Shown piece after piece: positions 26,195 to 37,615 of a stretch of DNA of 64,000 nt. A program made the position numbers and the translations under genes. Positions within the stretch are counted from its first letter, which is position 1; each line of letters starts with the position of its first letter. The notes under the pieces were generated by a model, which was not told the DNA's origin, did no database searches, and saw only the letters and a program-made list of their open reading frames with translations. Origin of the DNA: Antedon mediterranea (taxonomy: Eukaryota; Animalia; Echinodermata); NCBI RefSeq assembly GCF_964355755.1, contig NC_092671.1:18786001-18850000 (forward strand), given 5' to 3'.

Positions 26195-29100
26195 AGATGT
26201 ATTGTCCCCCTGAAAAAAAGAATTCTTAAACATTTTTTTTAATGTGCCATTTTAATGTCACCTAATAGGTCGAAAAAATGTGTTTACCTAAAAAACTGTA
26301 ATTTAAAGCAAAAAATAGTTTTTGGTTGAATTTAACCATTTATTTTGTCATTTTATAAGTGAAAGACATTAATTTTTCCAGTTTTTTTCTACGGAAGTGA
26401 TTAACTATTAAAACTACAAATACTCTAGTAGCTAGATCAACTTTCGTATGCACTTTGAGGTCCAGAGAATTTGTCTTGGTTTAGGATGGTCAAACAATCA
26501 TTATTGGCTTGGTTACACATTTTGAAAATGTGGCAAAAGGTCAGGGTGAAAGATTATCAAACTAAACACCAATAGGTCCTTAAATCTCGACAACAATTGG
26601 TCACAGCGAGGTAATTTTGGTCTCAAATTGATCAGAAGGTATACATTTATATTCAGTCTAATGGGACATTTTACTAAAAAATGACCGGAAATGCCATTTC
26701 TGACCTTTGACCCACACCCCAGGGCATGTATGTATCTCCGTAACTACTGATCCTAGACACTTGAATTTGGTCTTAAATTGTTTGAAATAAACATTTTGTT
26801 ATTTGTTGCACATTTTTATAAATGTTACAAAAGGTCAAAGGGTCAGGGTCAAGGGTTATATGAACAAATATAAATAGATACTTGTATCTCGGCAACCACT
26901 CTTCGCAGCAAGTCAATAGTCTCAAAATGTTCAGAAGGCATGCTTTCATATTCAATCTAATGGGACATTTTAGTCAAAAATTATCAGAAATGCCATTTCT
27001 GACCTTTGACCCACATATCATGGCATCTTCATATCTCTGTAAGTACTGGTCGTAGAAACTTAAATTTGGTATAAAATTGTTCGAAATATACATATAATAT
27101 GGTAATATGTATAATCAAATAAATACCACCTAGATGTAAAAAAAAAAATACAGCACAATTAATATCAAAAAGTGAAAAAAATGCTTGGTAAATTGTAGAT
27201 TCAGGGGTAGTTGTTAATGTAATGTGTTGTAATACAATTATTGTGTAAATGCATGTGGCGGGCGTATTCCACACGATGTTCTATTGGAGGGAATGGTGGC
27301 GTTTATTTGAGGGAGGCTTTTATTCAAAGCGGGTGTTAATTCGAATAAATACTCTCAATATTCTCAACTGATAAAAGGTACTTTACATGGATTCGTTTTC
27401 TTCTTTATGCTTTTTAACGAAATGTGTCTGTCTTTCAGAATAAAAGTGACACTGTCATAGATAACATTAAATGGATCTTCTCCTCCAGGTGCCAGTATAA
27501 TGATAGAAAACAATGACATATCATTATCCTGACACGATTGCACTCATAATGGATCTTCATTCTAAATCATCTGTTTGTTTGTGACTACAATTTGACAACA
27601 ATCTTTTGCATATTTTTAAATGCCAATACATAGTTTCATTACTATTGTACAATGTGTGCAGCTTTCCTGAAAACACCCTTGTGTACTGTAGTACAGTGTT
27701 GTACTATGATTTTATCATGATAACTTCTGATGCTTTTATTTTCAATGCATTCAGTACTTAAAACATGTCAAAGTTTCTAGTGGTATTGATAATAAATCTC
27801 CAGAAACATATTGTTTTATTATCTACACTGGGAACAGACGTGTATAATATACACCGACAAAACTTATACATATTATGTATAAGTTTTGTCGGTAACATTC
27901 AAAAATATTATGCAACATTGTTACGGAATAATGACAATGAATTGGTCTATTATAGTTGTCTCTGATACATTTTATTACATGATTGTATTTGCACCAGGAT
28001 AGAATGAGATTTAATCCAGATATTATTCTTATTATATTAATTTTTTTTTTTTTATCTGGGGTGTATTTATTTGATTATACATGTTACCATTATTACACCC
28101 AAACAAAATAAACGCCTTCCCTGAATAAATAAATGCCCGGGCCTTTTATTCGGGTAACTATGGTAAGTTACTTCTAGCATTCTCAACTGTTGAGCTCGAG
28201 TATTTATTCGAATTTACACCCGCTTTGAATAAATGCCTCCCTCAAATAAACACCACCATTCCCTCCAATATATATAAATTATGGTTAATTCTGACATAGG
28301 CGGGCACAATGCAAAAACTTTGGTACAAATCTCCGCCTTGGATACCTACCTTATCTATCTTAGATGTACCGCGAAACGTAGATTTGATAACATTAGTTTT
28401 CACATCGACGCTATTGTACATGTTACCATATTATACCCCAAATAAAGATGCCTCCCCTCCCCCTAAAAACCCTTTTGAACAATAAATGCCCGGGGCGTTT
28501 AATCGGATACACATGGCAAGTTACTTCTAGCATTCTGAAAAGAACTATTGAGCTTGATGTTTATATCAAAATGTTCTCGTGGACAGCAATAACTAAGTAC
28601 TTGAAATTGAAACAATTAAAAGTATCAGTTATTGCATAACATTAGGCCTACTGTCTAAGGATAAGTTGTGTAGAGATATGTTTTTTGTTTGAAACATTAG
28701 TAATAGTATTTTCTGTTCATCTTTTAACCACATTTTCTATTACAATGAATGTAAATATGTATATTTCGAACAATTTGATACCAAATTTAAGAGATATGAA
28801 GATACCCTGGTATGTAGGTCAAAGGTCAGAAATGGCATTTCTGATCATTTATACTAAAATGCCCCATTAGACGGAATATAAATGCATGCCTTCTGAACAT
28901 TTTGAGACCAAAATTGACTTGCTGCGACCAGTGGTTGCCGAGATACAAGTACCTTTATTTATTTGTTCATATAACCCTTGACCCTGACCTTTTGACCTTT
29001 TGTAACATTTTTCAAAATGTGTAACAAATAACAAAATATATATTTCGAACAATTTAAAACCAAATTCAAGTGTCTACGACCGGTAGTTACGGAGATAAAT

Positions 29101-29461
29101 ACATGCCCTGGGCAATGGCATTTCTGAACTAAAATGTCCCATTAGACTGAATATAAATGTATACCTTCTGATCAATTTGAGACCAAAAATACTTCGCTGT
29201 GACCAGTGGTTGTTGAGATTTAAGGACATATTGGTGTTTGGTCTTATGATCTTTCACTCTGACCTTTTGACCTTTCGCCACTTTTTCAAAATGTGTAACC
29301 AAGCCAAAAATGATTGTTTGACCACCCAAAACCAATTTCTGAAGTCAAATTCTCTGGACCTCAAAGTGCATACGAAAGTTGATCTAGCTACTAGAGTAAA
29401 AATAATCTAAAGTCTGATTTTATTAATCTTTATTTTTCATGTTTTGAGGGACAATACATCT
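26195..29461. mobile_element. TTAA-flanked non-autonomous DNA transposon (Kolobok-like), split by a nested foldback element
   Basis: TTAA|AGATGTATTGTCCC ... GGGACAATACATCT|TTAA. Confidence 0.75.
26423..29396. mobile_element. foldback element with about 650-bp imperfect TIRs and TA TSD (Tc1/mariner-type)
   Basis: TA|CTCTAGTAGCTAGATCAACTTTCGTATGCACTTTGAGGTCCAGAGAATTT mirrored at 29347-29396|TA; arms 26423-27100 and 28750-29396 with internally repeated TGACCTTTGACC units. Confidence 0.85.
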
Positions 29462-30490
29462 TTAAATCAAGATAGTCAATCATATTAAATGGGAAGGGAT
29501 GTGAGTGGGATAATTAAAGATCATTTAGTACTTTCCATCAGACATGATTTATTGTATCATAGGGTTAGTGTTTATATAAAATACTGTGACTTTTATTTAT
29601 GACCTATCAAATAAAGCTGCCATACAAAAACTATTTATGCTATTAGGGTGTTGTTGAATTAAAAACTAGGTTCAAATTCATATTTTAACGTGATCTTTTA
29701 TGTGAACCGGAAGAAGGACGGAAAATACTGTAACAAAAATGATCTTCATTATACTTGCTAACGTGATCTTGTTATCATATTTAATCAAGTTTTACATGGT
29801 AAATTAACCTAGGCCTAGTTTAATTAATTCTGTTTAATTTCGTGAATTTACATCATCCATGTTGATGTACGGTACAATAAATGAAATGCTGTTAGGCCTA
29901 CGGAATACACAAAGCACTTTGTGGGTCTCTATTTTTTAAACTGCCGACAATATTTAAATGTTTTTTAGAAATCGCGAAAACAGAAAGTTACATTTTTAAG
30001 AAACTGGGCCATCAATTGAATTGATTATACAACATTAAACAGTATGAGCATCCGAGGTGTGCAATTTGTTTTATTTTCCATATAAAATTGTCTTATTGCT
30101 GTTGAATACGGTAGGCTATTTTAATGTCGTATAATAGTCATTCACTTTTCAAAAAAGATTGCCACATGAAACATTAATTTATATATATTCAGGTTGAAAT
30201 TTTCAGACCGTTTGGATAGAGTGCTCAATACCAAGGTAGAGCATAAATAAAATAACAGCAGAAAACTTGGTTACTTCATTGTTTTAATCACTAAAAATTT
30301 GTTTCGTACGACCAGCATGTAGCTGAACCGTAAGAACGAGTTAGTCTCTACTTGTAGACATAGGACAAAATTCTTACTAAATTGCAGATCCAAACAGTTT
30401 ATTTAAAACAATAGGCTATTGTATACGACTTCCTGATGACTCACTTTTATTAAGCACTATGAGACAACTGTGTCACTTATGTTTTATATT

Positions 30491-30546
30491 TCACCTGAAG
30501 AGTGCGGCCAGCTACATGCTGGTCGTACGAAACAAATTTGTAGTGA
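30491..30546 (+). ncRNA. minimal type I hammerhead ribozyme (family 1)
   Basis: TCAC-CTGAAGA-GTGCGGCCAGC-TACAT-GCTGGTCGTAC-GAAA-CAAATTTG-TA^GTGA: intact core, 11-bp stem II, palindromic stem III, 4-bp stem I. Confidence 0.85.
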
Positions 30547-30637
30547 TTAAAACAATGAAGTAACCAAGTTTTCTGCTGTTATTTTATTATTATTATGCTG
30601 TAGCTTTATACTCTGACGTTATCCAAATTCCTTCACT

Positions 30638-30676
30638 TGCACTGATGAAGGGCTAGTGTTGCCCGAAAGCTCTGCT
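30638..30676 (+). ncRNA. minimal hammerhead ribozyme (family 2), inverted pLTR copy
   Basis: GCA-CTGATGA-A-GGGC-TAGTGTT-GCCC-GAAA-GC-TC^TGC. Confidence 0.7.
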
Positions 30677-30833
30677 AACTTTGTTTTGATTTAGCTTTTC
30701 GCTTTTTATTTTTGTATCTCCATTGAGATCCAGCCACTGATACCCACAGATCAGTGGCTGGATCTCAATGGAGATACAAAAATAAAAAGCGAAAAGCTAA
30801 ATCAAAATGATAAAGTAAACAGCCAGAAAAGTT

Positions 30834-30872
30834 AGCAGAGCTTTCGGGCAACACTAGCCCTTCATCAGTGCA
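30834..30872 (-). ncRNA. minimal hammerhead ribozyme (family 2), sense to the Penelope ORF
   Basis: Reverse complement of 30638-30676, about 230 nt downstream of the GIY-YIG stop. Confidence 0.7.
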
Positions 30873-31100
30873 AGTGAAGGAATTTGGATAACGTCAGAGT
30901 ATAAAGCTGCTGGCAAGTGCTGCCTGGGTGGACAGGAATAAAAGAAATATAACAAAGGGAGCCAGGGTGGAGTCTGAATAAGAGTGGAAAACAAAGAAGG
31001 TAGCTTGGTAGAGATATAAACAATTTTGGAATGAGACTAAAAAACAGCTTAAATGGTGGTTAATATTGAAACTTAAATTTTGGTAGTCAATGGAATAATT

Positions 31101-31406
31101 TTACCGATCTGGGAGTATGTTCCTAATGTTAAGTCCAAAAGGTTTTGTGGTTTTAAGTAGTAATTCCCAGTGGTTTTCTTTGTCTTTGCGAGTTTTGTCG
31201 CTCCATTTGACATCGTGGTCTATTGCAATAACTCTGAAATTTGCAATCGAGTGACCAGCTGAATTAAAATGTTCGGCTACAGGTTGATCAAGCTTTAATG
31301 TTTTGATAGCTGATCTATGTTGTGTCATTCTCATACGGAGAGTGTTTTTTGTTTCTCCGACGTACTGTTTGCCACAAATATTACAGTATATGAGATAAAT
31401 GACGTT
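31101..31406 (-). pseudogene. Penelope-like GIY-YIG endonuclease domain (ORF C-terminus)
   Basis: NVIYLIYCNICGKQYVGETKNTLRMRMTQHRSAIK...PVAEHFNSAGHS...KENHWELLLKTTKPFGLN. Confidence 0.92.
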
Positions 31407-31431
31407 TATATATATATATATATATATATAT

Positions 31432-31555
31432 AATCCAGCCAGAGACATTTTTTCATACAACTAAAAAATACGGAACTTTCGCCAATGAGCTATGCTCGAC
31501 GCGATTATGAGATCATGTTCCAAATATGAGCACTGTTTCTATAATTTACAGTATG

Positions 31556-31640
<85 letters not shown>

Positions 31641-31924
31641 CAATGATGTTGCGTAGCACTGTGTAAATTATATATAAATCATACTGTAAATTATAGAAAC
31701 AGTGCTCATATTCGGAACATGATCTCATAATCGCGTCGAGCATAGCTCATTGGCGAAAGTTCCGTATTTTTTAGTTGTATGAAAAAATGTCTCTGGCTGG
31801 ATTCGAACCAGAGACATTTTTTCATACAACTAAAAAATACGGAACTTTCGCCAATGAGCTATGCTCGACGAGATTATGAGATCATGTTCCGAATATGAGC
31901 ACTGTTTCTATAATTTACAGTATG

Positions 31925-31930
<6 letters not shown>
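31432..31930. mobile_element. three copies (one inverted) of a tRNA-3'-half plus about 120-bp tail module, bounded by (TA)n
   Basis: 31432-31560 and 31809-31930 direct, 31672-31808 inverted; GGTTCGAATCCAGC-CAGAGAC-A-TTTTTT = T arm, acceptor 3' strand, terminator. Confidence 0.7.
31558..31637. repeat. (TA)n microsatellite
   Basis: Perfect TA run; others at 31407-31431, 31928-31964, 32220-32310, 32735-32754. Confidence 0.98.
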
Positions 31931-31970
<40 letters not shown>

Positions 31971-32059
31971 ACAGCAGAAAACTTGGTTACTTCATTGTTT
32001 TAATCACTACAAATTTGTTTCGTACGACCAGCATGTAGCTGGCCGCACTCTTCAATATT

Positions 32060-32115
32060 TCACCTGAAGAGTGCGGCCAGCTACATGCTGGTCGTACGAA
32101 ACAAATTTGTAGTGA
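32060..32115 (+). ncRNA. minimal type I hammerhead ribozyme (family 1), second copy
   Basis: Identical to 30491-30546; truncated inverted copy at 32004-32054 directly upstream. Confidence 0.85.
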
Positions 32116-32215
32116 TTAAAACAATGAAGTAACCAAGTTTTCTGCTGTTATTTTATTTATTTATGCTCTACCTTGGTATTGAGCACTCTATCCAAACGGT
32201 CTGAAAATTTCAACC

Positions 32216-32733
<518 letters not shown>

Positions 32734-33138
32734 TTATATATATATATATATATAAATAAAATAAAAACGAATACAATACTTCGAATAAGCAAAATAAACA
32801 GTTACATTAAAAAAATATATATATGTAACTGTTTATTTTGCTTATTCGAAGTATTGTATTCGTTTTTATTTTATTTTTTTATTTCCTCTTTAAAATTGTT
32901 CACGCTTTTGTCTGGTAACATGCCAAGTTGTTATTTTTCTGCTATTATTTTTAATAAAAGGGATTGGTACAATTTCCTTTTATTATAGTAATTCTTTTAA
33001 AAACTAATCAATTACCATTTTTGTTCTGCATTTTCTTGTACTTGTTCTTCCGCCTTTTCAGGGAAAGAGTAATGTAATCATCATTACTTTATTGTTGCTA
33101 TACATTTCGAGTAGTTGGGAAACATTTTTGGCTCTAAA

Positions 33139-33147
33139 ATGAAAAAG
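33139..33147 (+). CDS. paralogue A candidate start exon (MKK)
   Basis: Exon 33062-33147 (ttttcag| ... ATGAAAAAG|gtaggt), in frame with 35326; parallels the MEAP start exon of paralogue B. Confidence 0.5.
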
Positions 33148-33859
33148 GTAGGTTTATTTTTTTAATCATTCGCATAAAGAATAATGTGCTGTCAAACTTT
33201 ACATGATCTTGTAATTTTAAACATGCTTTTTCAAAAGAATTTCAAATTTCTTAAGTTCCTTTAATTGTATTAAATATTCTTTTAAGACAAACATTATTTA
33301 AGCCTATGTCATAAATTTATTTATAAGTTCTTTTATATAAAAGAAACATATGCTTATTATGATGCATTAGAAGAAATACTGAATATTAAACATTAGAAAA
33401 TCTATCTGAACCAAAAATGTGTTGCTTGACCACCATACCACGGTTGCTTTCATGATATCGATTGAATAGTGACCTTTAACACAGACATTTACAGGTATAA
33501 AACAATTTGTCCCGTTTCGTTTATTTCTGGTTGAGCTGCATGTCTTAACTATGTCTGACCAGATTACTTCTTTCTCTAACAAATCAATTAACTATAATTT
33601 TGTAACATTTACAAAATTCGAAAGTACATTAATCAGTCCACCTGTCTGGTGTTGTCCCGTCTTGATTATTGTAATTCTCTGCTCTTTGGTTGCTCTGAGA
33701 AATATATTAAGCGTCTCTAATTTCTTCAGAACAGGGCTGCTAAACTTGATTTCAGGTAAGAAAATTTGAACATGTCTCTCCTTTGCTTTCACAACTTCAC
33801 TAGTTGCCCGTTTAAGAGCGTATACAGTACAAGATTGCAACCTTTTCATATAAGTGTCT

Positions 33860-34220
33860 TTATAACACTACTTCACCTAGAACGAACAAAATCCATGCCT
33901 AAGGCCTTCTTTGCTCAGGCACCAGGGATCTGGAACCAACTTCCTCGTCACATCTCTCCAGAAAATTTTCAATAGTTATTCTTTTCTGTGAGACTCCGGT
34001 AAAGAGCACTATAAATGTTCGATATCATTATCATTATCATTTTTATTAATCTGTGGTTAAACATTAAGGTTCTAAAAATCGTCATGGCTTTACCAGCATG
34101 ATCTCTCATTTTATTTGTCAGGCATTTGTATGATTTGTTTTTATTTTTTTGAATGCGCCTTGAGCACTCTTGAGTGGTATGTGCGCTATAAAAATCCTGT
34201 TATTATTATTATTATTATTT
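33860..34220 (+). mobile_element. L2-type LINE 3' remnants (two tails)
   Basis: RTKSMPKAFFAQAPGIWNQLP; tails AGCACTATAAAT...(ATCATT)n and GCGCCTTGAGCAC...GCGCTATAAAAA...(TAT)n. Confidence 0.65.
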
Positions 34221-34262
34221 TAGGAAGGCGAAAACATTTTTAATTGCCGGACAGGAAAGCGC

Positions 34263-35120
34263 GGTTTCGAACCAAGTCGGCCCTAAACCGTCTCGGCCAA
34301 AGTCAGGTCGGCCCCAAGTCAAGTCGGCCTCAAGTCAACTCGGCCTCAAGTCAACTCGGCCTCAAGTCAACTCGGCCTCAAGTCAACTCGGCCTCACGTC
34401 AACTCGGCCAAAAAATAATCGGTCAACTCAACCCCGTTAAAGTATGGAACGCAAAAAGTGCAAATGAAGGGATTGATAAAATAATATTTCTTCACAATTT
34501 TTTAACTATGAATAATTCTGACTTTTAATGAATATTATTATTTAGACAATAGGCCTAATATATTTAGCAAAAAAAAATAGGAATTATTTCACCAACTTTC
34601 CTTTATTTACGTTTAATAAAATTTCGTAGCTGAGCCTCCCTGCGCGTTTGCCAGCTTTTTCGATATCTACAACTGCTACGTGTTTTCGCTGACCGGGGGA
34701 TTCCCCTTTTTTAAAAACGCAAATCATGCACAAAAACGATGTACGATCACTTTTTCTATGGCCAAATGGTGGAAAGTAGGCCTCCGTCTTCGATTTCCTA
34801 AACGGTACCTACACGTGTTTTTTGTAACACGCGGGTACTTCTATTCATATCGGCAATGAGTTCATTTTTTTATATATTATATTTTTTATTTCTTCATTTT
34901 TTTTAAAACGTGGATAGTAAGAATCGTAATAATATTAAGCACTTTTTGCGTTCCATACTTTATTGTGGCCGAGTTGACCGATTAGTTTTTGGCCGAGTTG
35001 ACGTGAGGCCGAGTTGACTTGAGGCCGAGTTGACTTGAGGCCGAGTTGACTTGCGGCCGACTTGACGTGGGGCCGACTTGACTTTGGCCAAAACGGTTTG
35101 GGGCCGACTTGACCTGCACC
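34263..35120. mobile_element. non-autonomous MULE-like element with 16-bp subterminal tandem repeats
   Basis: (AAGTCAACTCGGCCTC)n at left mirrored at 34965-35110; GG...CC ends; 9-bp flanks GGAAAGCGC / CGAAAGCGC. Confidence 0.85.
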
Positions 35121-35325
35121 CGAAAGCGCAATAGAGCAAAATTGCACAACATTGCAAAACGTAACTCATACCACATAGTTTGTGTTTTACTTTATATTTC
35201 TCTGATAAAATATCATTGCTAGAATTATCCAACCTCTCCTGAAGCCACCCGCCTCTCCTCCTCGCCCTCCTATTACCAAGAAAAGTCCCTTCACATTTTC
35301 TACTAATGCTGCTCGCATTTTACAG

Positions 35326-35548
35326 GTCGTAATGACTCAACCAAGTGGATCGGCGGATCACCAGTCTGCTACGGATTACCACTATGATCCAAACTCCTTA
35401 CAAGTGGTTAACTCCATTCCAGCTCGTCACAAAAGTAGCCAAAAGTTGACGCAGGAATTGAACAGAACCGTTTCCGAACTGTCGCAAAATGTTGAGACCG
35501 TTCGAAGTGAACTCGGTGGAAACATAAGTTATGAACAATTTATGAAAG
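35326..35548 (+). CDS. uncharacterised PH/GRAM-like Cys-loop protein, paralogue A exon
   Basis: cag|VVMTQPSG...HYDPNSLQV...ISYEQFMK|gtaagt; aligns with 49862-50072. Confidence 0.88.
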
Positions 35549-35871
35549 GTAAGTAATGAATAATTATGCTTATTGTTTGGTCCCAATAAGGACTATTCTT
35601 ACACGATATAGCACCAACGACTATACCTATCGTTATTGATAGTAATAATACGTTGACTAATTAGGCCTAACTTTATGGCAAATACTTTTTTGGTGATCAT
35701 TTCAAATCAAAACAGAGTAAACGATTGGAAACAAGAATGTTATGCATATGTCTTAGATCTTAGATGGATAGATTTTTTTATGCAAGATATTAAAAATAAT
35801 AGTTTTAATTAATTTAATAAAAGTGTTTCGTAACTCTTCGCGAAGTAACAGCATTACATTATATTTCATAG

Positions 35872-36054
35872 ACATGCTTTGTCGTAGTGAAACTATGTTG
35901 GCCAACGGTCAGTTCATGCCATATGATTACGTAGACTTTCAGTTGCTGCCAATTCCGAACTATCCAGTTGTACCAACTAAGAAAACGATATCACGAGGGA
36001 GGATGTTCCTCACCAATAGTAGATTGATTATGCTGTCAAACGAAAGCACAGAGA
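35872..36054 (+). CDS. paralogue A exon
   Basis: tag|DMLCRSETMLA...GRMFLTNSRLIMLSNEST|gtatgt; aligns with 51180-51350. Confidence 0.9.
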
Positions 36055-36079
36055 GTATGTGTTTAATAATTGCACACTT

Positions 36080-36411
36080 AAGCTTGGTTTCCACTAGAGA
36101 CAAAATACAGGGATTTAACGACGAAACGCAAGCGTGTTAACCAATGATAAGTGACAGTATACTGTCACAACCCCAGCTTGTGATTGGTCAACTAGCTTAC
36201 GTTGCGTTTACGTCTAAGGCCGATTTACACCGACGGTAACGGTAAGCGGAAAACTGCGTAACTTGTCCTACGTAGAATCAATATCTATCTGAGCGGAAAC
36301 CACCCGTCCACTTCGCGTTGTGTGTAAATGGTCATAAAGAATAACATAGATTCTATATTTGTTATTAACGTTGTCTCTCTTTTGTGTAAATCGGTCTTTA
36401 GTGGGAACCAA
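36080..36411. mobile_element. MITE (family of 16540) with a second MITE nested at about 36217-36398
   Basis: AGCTTGGTTTCCACTAG ... TAGTGGGAACCAA outer ends; inner GGCCGATTTACAC / TGTAAATCGGTC. Confidence 0.7.
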
Positions 36412-36649
36412 AATTTATTGTGCGTTCCTTCAATCAGAGCTATCTAACGTTTTCAAACAAAATGTTAACTCTTTCATGAAGATTGTTTCAACATTTTGTT
36501 CTATATTAGGAATTACATTATTTAAAACAACATTTTAATTTAACTAGTTGATTTAAAAGAAACATACACTTTCGAAAAGATTGAATGACAAACATATGAT
36601 GATTTTACAATTATGAACTTATTCATCAATATCGTCTGAATCATTTTAG

Positions 36650-36903
36650 AAACGGAAGTTGCTGCAGTTCCTCCAGACAGCACAAAGAAACCGACAAAAT
36701 ACTCTGTAAAATGTGAAGCTGGCGATGTTTTCCACTATGAGTTCCTACCGCTAAAGAGCATTCGAGCTGTCGAGCTTGATGGCATGATTGGAGCTTCCAT
36801 GACTACATTTATCGATAGTGAGGAATCAATGTTAAAGTTTTTCCGTCCTTTCAGCCGCTGCTGCAGCTGCTGCAGCTGCTGCATGTGCTGCTGCTGTGCA
36901 CGG
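36650..36903 (+). CDS. paralogue A exon (Cys-rich end)
   Basis: tag|TEVAAVPPDSTKKPTKYSVKCEAGD...RCCSCCSCCMCCCCAR|gtaagt; aligns with 51726-51937. Confidence 0.9.
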
Positions 36904-37100
36904 GTAAGTTTAGATTTGTTTAAATCGTTGTTTTATTATATGGCCATTTTAGACCTGATACGACCCTTGTGCTGAAAGGTAACAGTTTTTTCCGAGTGAA
37001 ATTTCATTTCTTTGTTCAAACCTAGAGGGTATAAAGTGGTATATTTTGGATGATCTTGGAAAATATGAAGTGTTTGACAAATGAATCATTTTATCTTTAG

Positions 37101-37337
37101 AAAACTGAACATGAAGTATTTCAGAGAAGCTGGTTTGAAGTTGGTCGAGCATCCCATCCGTCAGCAAACCATCGCATTATGAAACTTTGTGTTGATATGC
37201 CACCCTGGGGAAACCCTTGCATTGTCACCATCTATATGCGCACTAACACCAATATCAATATAGTCAAAGAATTTCTTCGCGACTTACAAGCATATGGACC
37301 GCAAATGAAACTTTCAGAGTACCAGCAAAAGTCCTAG
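37101..37337 (+). CDS. paralogue A terminal exon
   Basis: tag|KTEHEVFQRSWFEVGR...VDMPPWGNPCIV...FLRDLQAYGPQMKLSEYQQKS*; aligns with 52273-52500. Confidence 0.9.
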   Translation, partial: KTEHEVFQRSWFEVGRASHPSANHRIMKLCVDMPPWGNPCIVTIYMRTNTNINIVKEFLRDLQAYGPQMKLSEYQQKS

Positions 37338-37615
37338 GTCGACAGTTTCATTTAGCGACGTTGACATCCAGATAATGATTAAGTTTGCTATTGTATGCTC
37401 CTATTGATGTATTGATATCATGCTATTTTGCTTTATAATGTTATATTGAACTTGAACTTAAAATATACCATGCATCTATCTAGGTTTGATTACAATGTTG
37501 AGTTTAAATAGTCACTTAAGGTGACATAAACGCTGTATTATAGTATTAGAATTATAATTTATTGTATTATTCTGGCCTCCCATGACATGTTTCAAAGGTC
37601 TATTATAAATGTTTT

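Larger units (their letters stand above)
30601..31406 (-). mobile_element. 5'-truncated Penelope-like retroelement: GIY-YIG ORF end, pLTR and inverted pLTR copy
   Basis: GIY-YIG ORF end 31406-31101; downstream segment 30748-30908 mirrored at 30601-30757; both carry a hammerhead core; abuts (TA)n. Confidence 0.9.

Noticed and set aside
33730-33755. Small exon cag|...|gtaaga as a coding exon of paralogue A
   Set aside because: 26 nt shifts the frame and the 21-nt alternative contains TAA; at most a UTR exon
34244-35232. SSQLGLKSTRPQVNSA ORFs
   Set aside because: Translations of the 16-bp subterminal repeats of a MITE
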